This document shows positions 51,544 through 62,518 of a stretch of DNA of 64,000 bases, piece by piece. Position numbers and translations under genes: made by a program. The notes under the pieces were generated by a model. That model was not told the origin of the DNA, did no database searches, and saw only the letters and a list, made by a program, of their open reading frames with translations. This stretch comes from Candidatus Methanomethylicia archaeon. GTDB taxonomy: Archaea; Thermoproteota; Methanomethylicia; CALHIW01. Position 1 is the stretch's first letter, and each line of letters opens with the position of its first letter. Where the stretch lies: positions 1-64,000 of the forward strand of contig JAWBQF010000015.1 of assembly GCA_038845975.1 (NCBI GenBank). Reading direction: 5' to 3'.

Positions 51544-52701
51544 GTGAAACTCTCAAGACGTGTCCTAGCAATTAAGCCTTCACCTATACGTAAACTTATA
51601 GATATAGTTGAAACAATGGAAGGTGTTTTAAAGCTTCATGTTGGGGAACCTGATTTTGATACACCTAAAAATATTAAGGAAGCTGTAAAGAAGGCTTTTG
51701 ATGAAGGCTATACTCACTATACATTTACTGCTGGAATACCTAAGCTAAGAGAAGCAATAGCGGAGAAGCTTAAACGGGAAAATGGAGTAAATGCAGATCC
51801 AGAAAATGAAATAACAGTTACTGCTGGAGGATATGGAGCATTGTTTAGCGTTATGTATGCAGTTATTGATGATGGAGATGAAGTACTTATTCCTGAGCCT
51901 GCATGGCCTGCATATAAGGGATTTATTAAGCTTGCAGGAGGAAAACCTATACCAATACCTTTAAGCCCACCAGAATATAATTTAGACATTAAGCTAATAG
52001 AGGAGAAAATAAGTGAAAAAACAAAAATGATAATAATTAACACTCCAAACAATCCTACTGGAGCTGTCTATAGTGAAGAGAAGCTTAAACAGCTAGCTTA
52101 TCTAGCTATTAAGAATGGTATCTACATATTAGCTGATGAAGTATATGAAAGAATAGTATTTGATGATACTAAACACTTCAGTATAGCATCAATACCTGAA
52201 GCAAGAAATTATACGATATCTATATATTCATTCTCAAAAACATATGCCATGACAGGATGGAGAATAGGATACGTAGTAGCTCCAGAGGAAGTAACATCAT
52301 CCATACGTACAATACATTCATACATGATTTCCTGTATAAGTCCAGCAATACAGCTAGCAGCTCTAGAAGCTTTAACAGAATCTCAGGATTACGTGGAGTA
52401 CATGGTTAACGAGTATAGAGAGAGAAGAAATATAGCCTTCAACCTCTTAAATGAAATACCCGGTGTAGAATGTGTAAAGCCTAAAGGTACCTTCTACCTA
52501 TTCCCCGACTTCAGTAAAATAGAGAGAAACTCAGTAAGTCTTGCTGAAAAACTACTTAACGAAGTAAAAGTCTCAACAGTTCCAGGAGTTGCTTTTGGAG
52601 AAGCAGGAGAGGGACATCTAAGAGTATCTGTTGCAGCTTCAAAAGAAACAATAATAGAAGCTATAAAGAAAATAAAGGAGTATATTAGTAATTCATTATA
52701 A
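51544..52701 (+). CDS. class I/II PLP aminotransferase (aspartate aminotransferase-like)
   Basis: GEPDF, NTPNNPTG, DEVY, SFSKTYAMTGWRIG. Confidence 0.95.
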   Translation: MKLSRRVLAIKPSPIRKLIDIVETMEGVLKLHVGEPDFDTPKNIKEAVKKAFDEGYTHYTFTAGIPKLREAIAEKLKRENGVNADPENEITVTAGGYGALFSVMYAVIDDGDEVLIPEPAWPAYKGFIKLAGGKPIPIPLSPPEYNLDIKLIEEKISEKTKMIIINTPNNPTGAVYSEEKLKQLAYLAIKNGIYILADEVYERIVFDDTKHFSIASIPEARNYTISIYSFSKTYAMTGWRIGYVVAPEEVTSSIRTIHSYMISCISPAIQLAALEALTESQDYVEYMVNEYRERRNIAFNLLNEIPGVECVKPKGTFYLFPDFSKIERNSVSLAEKLLNEVKVSTVPGVAFGEAGEGHLRVSVAASKETIIEAIKKIKEYISNSL

Positions 52702-52932
52702 AATAAATACCTAAGAAACTAATCTATTCTACAACTGGAATAATTTCAAAACATCTTCTAAGAGGTACAATCTATTTCTAGCAAGATTTAAACATGTAGA
52801 AGTTAACTTACAACTATACTAAACTACTAATATCTAGCTTAAACGTTAACTATTATTAAGGTTTAAGATTCTAAGCTAGTAGGCCATAGTTAAGCGAGAT
52901 GTTTAAATAGTTGTAAGTAAAGTATAATAATT

Positions 52933-54354
52933 GTGATACAACTATTTATAAATAGAGAGGATGAATTGAATTTTCTTGAAAGAAAATATCTAGAGGATTC
53001 TGCTCAACTAATTATTATTTATGGTAGAAGAAGAATTGGTAAGACAGAACTTATTAAAAAATTTATTCAAGGAAAAAACAGCGTATATTTCCTATGTACT
53101 CATGATAGTCTACAGGAAAATCTAAAGGGGCTAAAAACTAAATTCTATGAACTTACTGGTAGAGAATACTTTTTAAAACTTGAAGTAAACTCATTTTTCG
53201 ACCTTTTCAAATATCTAATCGATGAAATTAGGGACAAAAAGGTAGTTATAGTACTTGATGAATTCCCATATCTAATTGAAATCAATAAAGGTATTGTTTC
53301 AGTATTTCAGAAGATATGGGATGAACTTTTAGTAAATAAAAAAATTTTCCTAGTAATCTGTGGATCAAGTATAGGCATAATGGAGACAGAAATTCTTAAC
53401 TATAGATCTCCACTATATGGAAGAAGAACTGGAGAGTGGAATGTTGGACCTCTTAGATTTAAAGATATAGCCCTAATGTTTAAAACATTTCCAGTTGAGA
53501 ACCTAGTTAAGCTATGGGCTATATATGGAGGAGTTCCCTTCTACTTAATTCAAATAGATCCAAAAAAGACCATTGAAGAGAATATAAAGTTGAAAATATT
53601 AAGTAAAGGGGAGGTTCTCTACAATGAACCGATAATTATACTTAGAGAGGAATTTAGAGAACCAAGAATATATATGCTCATTCTAAAATATCTATCAATC
53701 GGATACAATACTCAAGGAGCATTAACCTCAGCTATAGGAATAAATAAGGGAAACCTATCAAAGTATCTTGCAACCCTAGAGGAAACGAAATTAGTAAAAT
53801 ATGTTTTACCATTAGGACAAAGAAAGAGAGGAATATATATTATTAATGATCCCTTCTTCAATTTTTGGTTTAGATTCGTATATCCCAATCTATCTGATTT
53901 AGAGCTTGGACTTGTAGATGAAGTTTTCTCCAGAATCTCCACTCAAATAAACTCATATTATGGATTAATGTTTGAACAGTTAATATTCGATTTAGTATCA
54001 AGAGGAGACATAGAGCTCCCCCTCCAATTTAATGAAGTTAGAAAATGGTGGTATAAGGATAAGGAGATAGATCTAATAGCTTTAAATGAACATACAAGAG
54101 AAATCTTATTTGCTGAATGTAAATGGAGTGATCAAGTAGATGCTGAGAGAACCCTTAAGGGTTTAAGATGGAAAACACAATATATTAACTGGCACAATGA
54201 GGAAAGAAGAGAATACTATGCAATATTCGCAAAGTCCTTTAAGGAAAAAATAGAAGAACCAAGACTAATACTCTTCGACTTGAAGGATCTGGAAAAGACA
54301 ATAAGTAGAAGATTAAATCGTAAGCATGATATTTCAACGTGTTATACATCTTAA
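52933..54354 (+). CDS. archaeal ATPase with wHTH and DUF234 PD-(D/E)xK domain
   Basis: GRRRIGKT, LDEF, GGVPFY, DPFFNFWFRF, EIDLI..ECKW. Confidence 0.92.
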   Translation: MIQLFINREDELNFLERKYLEDSAQLIIIYGRRRIGKTELIKKFIQGKNSVYFLCTHDSLQENLKGLKTKFYELTGREYFLKLEVNSFFDLFKYLIDEIRDKKVVIVLDEFPYLIEINKGIVSVFQKIWDELLVNKKIFLVICGSSIGIMETEILNYRSPLYGRRTGEWNVGPLRFKDIALMFKTFPVENLVKLWAIYGGVPFYLIQIDPKKTIEENIKLKILSKGEVLYNEPIIILREEFREPRIYMLILKYLSIGYNTQGALTSAIGINKGNLSKYLATLEETKLVKYVLPLGQRKRGIYIINDPFFNFWFRFVYPNLSDLELGLVDEVFSRISTQINSYYGLMFEQLIFDLVSRGDIELPLQFNEVRKWWYKDKEIDLIALNEHTREILFAECKWSDQVDAERTLKGLRWKTQYINWHNEERREYYAIFAKSFKEKIEEPRLILFDLKDLEKTISRRLNRKHDISTCYTS

Positions 54355-54665
54355 GTTAAAGGAACCCTTAAGTCTTCAAGTCTAGTTGACAGTTAGTTAC
54401 TGCTATCTCTCATAGCCTATCTTCAAGAAACAATACTGCCAACTAGATCATAAGCTAGTGTAGTAAGAAACTTAAACTACATGAGTAATGCTTACCTATA
54501 TAATAGAATCTTATATGTAGGATCAAGCTAATAATTATCTTGCAATTAAGTTTGCATTAAAGAAAGCATTTGAAGTTTGAATAATAAATTAGTTTACAAT
54601 ATTAAGAATTCAATATGTAAGTTATTTAAGATAAATATATGGTGGATTATAGGATTTATTAAGCT

Positions 54666-55070
54666 CTACTTTACGGCAGTAAACACTATCTTAGGACGTA
54701 TTGGCCAGCCTTCCATTACCTCCCCACTTTCAACTTCGATTTTTACCTTTAAGCCTACCTTAACTTTATCTATATCCTCCTTAAGCATTCCTATAATTTT
54801 AATGTTGTTTTTAAGCTTCACTACTGCAACCACATATGGAGGTTTAAGGCTAGGGGGAGCTACATGAATTATCGTGTATGTAATTATCTCACCCTCTTTC
54901 TCCAACTCTATCCATACAAGAGATTCTGAATAGCAGCTTGGACATATGGGTCTAGGCGGGAAAACTATTACACCACATTTACTGCATTTAGCTGCTACTA
55001 GCTTCCCCTCCTCAAGCTTCCTATAGAAGTTTTCTATTGTGGTTTCTGAAAGTTTAATGGAGAACTCCAT
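54666..55070 (-). CDS. DUF35 Zn-ribbon/OB-fold protein
   Basis: CSKCG..FPPR.ICPSC, OB fold; paired with thiolase. Confidence 0.92.
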   Translation of the reverse strand: MEFSIKLSETTIENFYRKLEEGKLVAAKCSKCGVIVFPPRPICPSCYSESLVWIELEKEGEIITYTIIHVAPPSLKPPYVVAVVKLKNNIKIIGMLKEDIDKVKVGLKVKIEVESGEVMEGWPIRPKIVFTAVK

Positions 55071-55074
55071 TCAG

Positions 55075-56241
55075 TCACCTACTACATATAGTTACTACAG
55101 CTGATGCGCCTGGTCCTCCTAGATTATGTGTAAGACCTATCTCCGCTCCTCTAACCTGTCTTCTACCTGCTTGATTAGTTAACTGTAAATATATTTCATA
55201 GAGTTGAGCTGTACCTGTAGCTCCTACTGGATGCCCCTTACATTTTAATCCTCCACTTGTATTTATAGGTATCTTACCTCCAAGCTCAACAACTCCCTCC
55301 CTAATCATCTTAGATCCCTCTCCCTTACGGCAGAATCCAAGATCCTCGTACTCTATAAGTTCAGCTATTGTAAAGCAATCATGAACCTCAGCTACATCAA
55401 CATCTTTAGGCTCTATCTTAGCCATAGAGTATGCTTGTCTAGCTGCTTCAATATTAGCTTGGAAAGATACATTTTCAAAATCCTTCTCAAACGCTAATAT
55501 ACTCCCACATGCAAACCCCTGACCTATAATGTTTACAGGCGTATCAGTAAATCTTCTAGCTATTTCCGGTTTTGTTATTAATAGTAGTGAAGCACCATCA
55601 GTTATTGGGCAGCAATCATAAAGCTTAAGAGGCCAAGCAATAACCCTAGACTTTAAAGCCTCCTCTAAAGTTATTTCTTTCTGGAAGTGAGCTTTAGGAT
55701 TTAAAGCACCATTCCTATGACTCTTAACAGCAATTCTAGCTAAGTCCTCTTCTGTTGATCCATACTTATTAAAGTGGGCTACAGCCATTAATGCAAAAAA
55801 TCCTGGAAATGTTAATCCATGCCATTGATCAAAGTGGAAATCATCAGCAGTAGCAAGAATACTTGTTACTTCAGAAGTGGATCTATGAGTCATCTTTTCA
55901 ACACCGCCAACAAGCACTACGTCATGTAGACCAGAAGCAATCATAGCTACTCCAAACCTTACAGCAGCTCCAGCAGAAGCACATGCAGCCTCTGTTCTAA
56001 TAGCTTCTAAGGGCAGTAATCCAGCCCATGTTGAAACAGTAGCTCCACTATGTCCCTGCCTCTCATATTCACTACTCATCATCCCAAGATATATAGCCTT
56101 TATATCCTTTTTAGGATCTAGATTAGGACATCTATCAATAACCTCCTTGAAGGCCTCAAGGAAGAGTTCTCTCCAATAGAGGTTATCACGCCTACCAAAC
56201 TTACTCATTCCAGCTGAAACTATGGATGCAAGAGGAGGCAT
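55075..56241 (-). CDS. archaeal thiolase (acetyl-CoA acyltransferase family)
   Basis: EAACASA, EVHDCF, GHPVGATG, THNLGG. Confidence 0.93.
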   Translation of the reverse strand: MPPLASIVSAGMSKFGRRDNLYWRELFLEAFKEVIDRCPNLDPKKDIKAIYLGMMSSEYERQGHSGATVSTWAGLLPLEAIRTEAACASAGAAVRFGVAMIASGLHDVVLVGGVEKMTHRSTSEVTSILATADDFHFDQWHGLTFPGFFALMAVAHFNKYGSTEEDLARIAVKSHRNGALNPKAHFQKEITLEEALKSRVIAWPLKLYDCCPITDGASLLLITKPEIARRFTDTPVNIIGQGFACGSILAFEKDFENVSFQANIEAARQAYSMAKIEPKDVDVAEVHDCFTIAELIEYEDLGFCRKGEGSKMIREGVVELGGKIPINTSGGLKCKGHPVGATGTAQLYEIYLQLTNQAGRRQVRGAEIGLTHNLGGPGASAVVTICSR

Positions 56242-56321
56242 AAAATAACCCTTCTAAACCAGTAGACTTTAAGAGAGTTTAAAAATTTTAGCATAATCAT
56301 ACTATTATTGTACATGTAAGC

Positions 56322-57119
56322 TTACTTACGGATTACCACTCCATAAGGATCTAGACTTCTAAGTATCTTAAGCTCCTCGTCTGTTGGTTCAGGTGTTACT
56401 TCAATTCTACTTGGAATTTTTATTGGAAAACTACTATTTTCCTGTATATTTTTCACATTTACACCCGGATGTATTGATAATAAAGTCATTTTCTTATCTT
56501 CGTCGAAACCATAAATCCCCAATTGTGTAACAATTCTCCATGGTCCAGTATTACGTGGTAGTCCAGCTTTTTCCCTAGCACCTGGCCCTGTTAAGTAGCC
56601 AGGTGTTGTAATAAAGTCAAGCTTCTCAACAAATCGTAGTTTATCTTGCCTCATTAAAACAATTATTCTCCAGCAAAGAGAGCCGAAATCATTTGCCCCA
56701 CCACTTCCCGGTAGTCTAACCTTCGGCTTATCATAGGGGCCTATAACAGTTGTATTTATATTTCCATGCATGTCTATTTGCGCTGCACCGAGAAAAGCGT
56801 ATTCTCCATATCCAGCTTGAATGAATGACATAACATAATCCATGCTTGCCGTCATTATTGCCTTATGAGCTGTCATGGAGTCCCCTACAGATAATGGTAT
56901 GGTTGGAGGTCTAGTTGGGCACATACCGCCCGCCTCATAGATAATAGCTAATTTTGGAGCATGAGTGTTTTGAGCTAGAAGCGCTGCAAGTATAGGCATA
57001 CCTGTACCTGTAAATACTGTTTTTCCATCCTCTAAAAGTCTTGAAGCTGCAACAATCATCATTTCAATTTGCGTATATTTAGGATTAGACATAATCAACT
57101 CCCCTAAGACTGTATCCAT
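56322..57119 (-). CDS. gctB: glutaconate CoA-transferase-like beta subunit
   Basis: TG.P, YEAG, LGAAQID..GN.N, RLPGSGG.ND; start likely ATG 57092. Confidence 0.85.
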   Translation of the reverse strand: MDTVLGELIMSNPKYTQIEMMIVAASRLLEDGKTVFTGTGMPILAALLAQNTHAPKLAIIYEAGGMCPTRPPTIPLSVGDSMTAHKAIMTASMDYVMSFIQAGYGEYAFLGAAQIDMHGNINTTVIGPYDKPKVRLPGSGGANDFGSLCWRIIVLMRQDKLRFVEKLDFITTPGYLTGPGAREKAGLPRNTGPWRIVTQLGIYGFDEDKKMTLLSIHPGVNVKNIQENSSFPIKIPSRIEVTPEPTDEELKILRSLDPYGVVIRK

Positions 57120-58126
57120 GGATAAACAAATTTTGCTCTTCCCTGTTCAAGCTTTTTAAGATAGTGCAGTTTTTCTACACCTCCTACAAGTTGAAGATAC
57201 TGGTTGAAGTTATTAACACTATACACATATTTATTAAAATATTCCTTCGTTCCCTCCTCAGTCTGCGTCATTTTCAAGTATTCAGCAATATGCTCCTCAT
57301 CAAAGTAATAACAGTTCGGCATATTACATGGGTGACATCCATACGGTACTTCAACAACAGCATCTACGTAAAAGTATGGTATACATGTCCGCCAAGGCTC
57401 TTCCCTAATCTTTTCGTTTGGAATTATTTCCTCAGTTGTTACTATTAGTCTCCTAGCAGCTCTTGCAAGTTCAAAATCCTCAACTAATATACCATCTATT
57501 TGACAATTCCCATATTTATCACAGCGATGAACATGTATTAATACTACATCCGGGAAGCATGCAGGAATGAGGCATATGGGCCTACCAGTAAAAGGATCTT
57601 TAACAATTTTTGCTGAACTGTACTTAAAGGTATCAGTACCCATCATTATGTAGGCTGGAATCCAAGGTAAACCTGAAGCAGCAGCCTTAAATCTCCATTG
57701 AAGTGCAGCATTACTCCATTCTGCAGCAACCTTCACTTGACCAGTTTCAACAGCTCTTCTAGATGCAGGAGATAAACCACGTAATTCATGTCCGAAGGAG
57801 TAAGCTACCTCAACTTTACTTACACATCCAGCAGCTATGAGAACATCAAGATCGTGAACAGCCGTTTTCCCTGAAACAATTAAATTCCTTCTCCTTTGTC
57901 GGATAATTTCATAAATCGCCGCCATTGGAACCCTTACATGTCCAAATCCTCCTATTGCAATATAGCTACCATCCTGTATAAATTTCGATATAGCTTCATG
58001 GAGATCCATAACTTTATCCTCCATGCTTAAACATTTATTTTTTCGAACCCATTCACGATGCTCATCAGGATCAAGCCAAGCTAACAATTCCCCTCTCCCT
58101 TCATCAAGTACTTCCACATTCACCAC
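57104..58126 (-). CDS. gctA: glutaconate CoA-transferase-like alpha subunit
   Basis: GGFG..R.P, EIIRQ, IHVHRCD.YGN, VDAVV.VPYG.HP. Confidence 0.85.
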   Translation of the reverse strand: MVNVEVLDEGRGELLAWLDPDEHREWVRKNKCLSMEDKVMDLHEAISKFIQDGSYIAIGGFGHVRVPMAAIYEIIRQRRRNLIVSGKTAVHDLDVLIAAGCVSKVEVAYSFGHELRGLSPASRRAVETGQVKVAAEWSNAALQWRFKAAASGLPWIPAYIMMGTDTFKYSSAKIVKDPFTGRPICLIPACFPDVVLIHVHRCDKYGNCQIDGILVEDFELARAARRLIVTTEEIIPNEKIREEPWRTCIPYFYVDAVVEVPYGCHPCNMPNCYYFDEEHIAEYLKMTQTEEGTKEYFNKYVYSVNNFNQYLQLVGGVEKLHYLKKLEQGRAKFVYPWIQS

Positions 58127-58462
58127 CTCTCTTTTCTAACCCTACGACCTAAACCTAACTTATAGACATACATCTTTCAACCCCCGGCAGATATCTACTT
58201 AATCTGCTATATATATTTTGAATTTACAAGAGGACATGACAGCTTAGAAGCCATATAAGCTCTCTACTTGGTATTAGGGTTTGGTAGGGGTCTTTAAGCT
58301 TCAGAAGAGATAGGGCTCCATTAGATGTTAGGATTCTGGTATAGTATTCTACATTCAGATGTTTGAGAAGAATTCTAGAGTGTTATCTGAGGCCCATAAG
58401 GCATTTATTAGGACGGCTATTGATAGGATAATTCAGGAGAAGATAAATATTAATCCATAGAA

Positions 58463-58999
58463 TCTAGGATAGCTTTAGATATTTTAAGTATTGTATAGTT
58501 ATGCGTCAATATTATGGTTTAGTCTTTAAGCTTCCTATTTGATAAGAAGGAAGTTAGAATTGATTGTTGATGATACTATTATGAGTGTTAGGTTCTAAAA
58601 TAGGATTATGTATTTACTTTCGAGACTATTGAGAAGGATTCTTTACATATGTTTGATTTTGCAATATGTTTACATCTCTCATTCCTTAAAATCAGGGCTA
58701 TTTATGGCTTTAAGATAATTGTATTGAGTAATATGCTTACTACTATAGCATGTAAAATATTGAGTTTAAGTATGATATAGTTTAGAGTAGGAATAGTGAG
58801 TAAAATACAATATATTAAGATAAAATTAAGCTATTCAATAATTATATATCATGAAGGATAAATGTGATGGTGGGCATGTATCCATTTTATAAGTCGATGA
58901 CTTCATGTTAAAACATGGATTGATAAGAAGATAAAAGCTAGAATTCATAGAACAATACTGAAAATAGAAGGTGATAAACATGATTAAGTTAACAAAGCC
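58463..58999 (+). mobile_element. IS6-family element A, copy 6
   Basis: gttgatgatactatt, gaaggataaatgtga, right TIR aagttaacaaagcc 58986-58999. Confidence 0.8.
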
Positions 59000-59047
59000 C
59001 ATAATATTTAGATAAAGCTTATATGATTGCTAGTATTTAAATTATTA

Positions 59048-59282
59048 ATGGATTTGGAGAGGTTTATTGAGGAGTGGAGAAGAGAAGATGAAGAGGCTAA
59101 GGAGATTAGAGGAAGAGAAGTAGACTGGAACTTCATAGAGAAACAAAAGGAACCAATAAAAACAGCATTAAAACTACTAATAGAAACAGGAGATTTAAGA
59201 CTAATATCGAAAATTACAGGAATATGTATTGATAAATTAAAACAACATAAGAATTAAAGCTAAAGTACTATTAGTACTTTAA
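59048..59282 (+). pseudogene. small conserved archaeal protein, probable C-terminal frameshift
   Basis: MDLERFIEEW...ETGDLRL; continuation IRIKAKVLLVL* lies in another frame after the A-run near 59238. Confidence 0.45.
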
Positions 59283-59691
59283 GTAGACGTAGAATTAAGG
59301 ATTACTTTCATAAAGCTTGTATGAAATCTATACTTTACCTCTTAAGTTGCAATACAGCTTTACTAAGCTTAATAATCAGTTTTTCATGCTGTAGATTATT
59401 TCACCTAAGAGTAAGCTAATACATAAGTATTTGCTATGAAATATTAGTTCTAATATCTCAGTATTTTCAGGTAGGGCTATTGAGAGATTCATTGAAGCAG
59501 CTGGTTGAAGTTGAATGCTTAGATGTTTAACTATAATGATTAAACATAGCAGTATAAAATAGGAGTTTTCATAGTGAATTTGAAGCTAGATGTGAAATCT
59601 TAGAGCATTATATATTAATCGATAATGTGTTCTAATATTTTAGTATGTATTCTTCGTTATCTAAGTAGCTGATACATGCTATATATACTAA

Positions 59692-61923
59692 CTAGGCTAT
59701 AGGTTTACCTGTTAATATTGGTTCAGCTTTAATTTTGGTTTTAGTCCCTATTACTGATTTGATGAGTTTTAATGCTTTCCTTCTAGATAGTGTTCTATTA
59801 TTATTGCCGCAGAATGGGTCGTAGATGCATCTTGGACATCCATCATCACATCTACATTTGCTTAGAATTTGGTAAGCTATTTTATGTGCTTTTTCAAGTT
59901 TCATGTATAGTAGCTTAGTTAATCCTGATCCTCCAGGTGTTGAATCGTAAATTACGATATGACCGTCTGGATAGCTTATTCCTCCCAAATCATTTATGCT
60001 AGCGCCTACTACAGGTCTAGCAGCATGTATTATAGCATGCTCTAATGCATGTATTGCCTCAGGCTCTACATAGTCAGCATACCTACTAATCATTATCTTT
60101 GTATTGTAGGACCATGATACTGGATTATCTAGAAACTCTATGCTTTCCGGTTTCTGGTTTACTCCTCCATATAGACTATATGTAGCATAGCCTATAACAG
60201 TCTTTGTTACTAGACCGCTACCGTAAACTATGGGAATTTCATTCTCTATTCTTTCCTCCTTAATATCTACATTGTCGATATTAGCATCGTATAAGGGTCT
60301 AGTATAATATGGCCATTCATAATCTAAATCCTTAACAATAGCTATTCCTCTTTTAATGTTTAAATCAGTAACTTCATATATTCTTCCTTGATGTAGATAT
60401 ATAGCATGGGGATGTAGGTCGTGGAGGGCTGCTGGCAATTCCCTACGACCAATTATATTCTGCCCGTCAGATATAAGGATTTCAGGACCTGCACTTCTAA
60501 GACTTCTCTCCCTAAACTCCCTCCAAACTCTACTAGTTGGCCTATATGATTCGTTACGCTTAGTTAGGTAACCCTCATTAACAAGCTCTTCAATAATGCT
60601 TCCCCATTCATTAGGTATTAGGTTTTCAGAAATCTTAAAGTATTGTAGAGCTAGAGCTAAAATATGAGTTTTAAGAATCTCCATATTGTTAGGCTCGAAA
60701 ACTATTGGTGTCAATTCTTGGGAGTAATATTCTTTAGGCTTCCTTTCATAGTAGGCATCTATAGGATCATCTCCTAAAATAAGGAATACATAGCCAACCC
60801 TACCACGTCTACCAGCTCTACCAGCCCTCTGTAAATACTTAACATAGCTTGGTGGTGGTGCAGCCATAACTACAGCATCAAGAGAACCTATATCAACACC
60901 AAGCTCAAGAGTTGGTGTTGATACTACACCATCAATCATACTGGATTTGATAGCTTCCTCAACTCTTACCCTATCCTCTCTTAATAAGCCTGCTCTATGT
61001 ACAAGAATTTTAGATCCATTCTCTCTAGCTATTCTAGCAACAACCTCAGCCATTTGCTGACTATCAGTAAACGTAAGTACTTTAAGACCTAGAGATGATA
61101 GTATTGATATGAGTTTACCTGTAATAGTCCATCTACTTAAACCCCCTGTACTAACTAGAACGTGATATGCTAAACCCCTCCTTCTAGAGGGGCCTTGAAC
61201 TACATCCACATCCTCATTGAGAAGCAGTTTACCAAACTCACCTGGATTACCAATAGTCGCACTACTAGCTATAAATTGAAGGTTATTATCTAGTAGTTTT
61301 TTAAGTCTTTCAATAATCATCCTCATATGCGATCCAAGGACCCCCTCATAAACATGAGCTTCATCAAGAACAATTACCTCAATACCTTCAAGAATTCTTC
61401 TAAATCTTGGGGAGTATACTAGTCCAAAATGAATCATGTCTGGATTGGATATAAGAATGTTTGGAGGATTTTCTACTATTCTTCTACGTTCACTTTCTGA
61501 AGTATCACCATCAAAAATATCAGTTCTACAGCCTGAAAGAAAGCTAAACTGTTTAAATCTAGTAAGCTGATCTCTAGCTAATGCTTTGGTTGGATATATT
61601 ACTAAGGCTCTTAAACAATCTTTAAGAATCCTATCAATAACAGGAATTATAAAAGCTTCAGTTTTCCCAGTTGCAGTTCCAGAAACAATGAAAACACTAC
61701 TACCATTCATAATCTTTAAGTAGGCTTCATACTGGAAGCTATAAAGCCTTTCAATACCGTAATCTAGAAGAGCTCTAGATAGTATTGGATGAATACCTAT
61801 TTCATTAATCATAGGTCCATATTCAGGATCACCTACAGCTTCACGCCTAACATAAACTATCCTACAATTCCTTGATATTCTCTGAAGCTCAACGTTAACA
61901 CTGTCTATAACTTTATTAACCAA
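59692..61923 (-). CDS. DEAH-box helicase with DUF1998 Zn domain (Hrq1/MrfA-like)
   Basis: TATGKT, DEAH, SAT, TLELGVDIG, QRAGRAGR, C-terminal CRC..GCPRC..CGN. Confidence 0.92.
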   Translation of the reverse strand: MVNKVIDSVNVELQRISRNCRIVYVRREAVGDPEYGPMINEIGIHPILSRALLDYGIERLYSFQYEAYLKIMNGSSVFIVSGTATGKTEAFIIPVIDRILKDCLRALVIYPTKALARDQLTRFKQFSFLSGCRTDIFDGDTSESERRRIVENPPNILISNPDMIHFGLVYSPRFRRILEGIEVIVLDEAHVYEGVLGSHMRMIIERLKKLLDNNLQFIASSATIGNPGEFGKLLLNEDVDVVQGPSRRRGLAYHVLVSTGGLSRWTITGKLISILSSLGLKVLTFTDSQQMAEVVARIARENGSKILVHRAGLLREDRVRVEEAIKSSMIDGVVSTPTLELGVDIGSLDAVVMAAPPPSYVKYLQRAGRAGRRGRVGYVFLILGDDPIDAYYERKPKEYYSQELTPIVFEPNNMEILKTHILALALQYFKISENLIPNEWGSIIEELVNEGYLTKRNESYRPTSRVWREFRERSLRSAGPEILISDGQNIIGRRELPAALHDLHPHAIYLHQGRIYEVTDLNIKRGIAIVKDLDYEWPYYTRPLYDANIDNVDIKEERIENEIPIVYGSGLVTKTVIGYATYSLYGGVNQKPESIEFLDNPVSWSYNTKIMISRYADYVEPEAIHALEHAIIHAARPVVGASINDLGGISYPDGHIVIYDSTPGGSGLTKLLYMKLEKAHKIAYQILSKCRCDDGCPRCIYDPFCGNNNRTLSRRKALKLIKSVIGTKTKIKAEPILTGKPIA

Positions 61924-61973
61924 TTTAACCCATTAACTAGTAAAGCTTAGCTAAATAAATCTTACATGAATAG

Positions 61974-62312
61974 TTAAGTTGTTAGGACTAGAGGTCTACG
62001 CTCAATAATTGCCTGAGTAACCTTCCTCCTTCCACTTTCAAGAGATCTCCAAAAAGTTCCTCTTGAAACCCTCATTCTTCTAGATGCTTCATCCTGAGTT
62101 AAACCTTCCAAATATACTAGCCGCATAGATTCCAATTCATCAGGAGTAACATATATAGGTTCCCCCATAATAGGCTCATTACGTTCATTTAAAGGTATAA
62201 ACTTAACTGCTTGAAGATTAAAACCGATAAATCTATGTATTGGAGGCCTTCCAGGACCTCTTCTCCTCCAAGACCAGAAGCAGGGAGAGCAACCGTAAGC
62301 CATCAATAACAC
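61974..62312 (-). CDS. DUF134 DNA-binding protein
   Basis: GRP, ELE.MRL..LEGLTQ.EA..M.VSR.T. Confidence 0.88.
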   Translation of the reverse strand: MLLMAYGCSPCFWSWRRRGPGRPPIHRFIGFNLQAVKFIPLNERNEPIMGEPIYVTPDELESMRLVYLEGLTQDEASRRMRVSRGTFWRSLESGRRKVTQAIIERRPLVLTT

Positions 62313-62518
62313 CTAAGTATACACTATATAAAACTTATAAACCTTATTAAGATATTAAATTTTCCCGCTGATTTGAACGAAATATTCTAGATATTCTTTA
62401 AAGGGGTAGTATGACTTAGCAATGATCCATAATATTTAAAGTGGTAAGCTATAGTAATGCTTAACCATCCTACTATAAGCAAAGGTTGATGGGATAAGTT
62501 AAATAATGTTTTATACTT

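Noticed and set aside
39849-62371. Shared 12-mer tcagcgggaaaa (39849 and reverse at ~62360)
   Set aside because: Only two occurrences in unrelated contexts; compatible with chance
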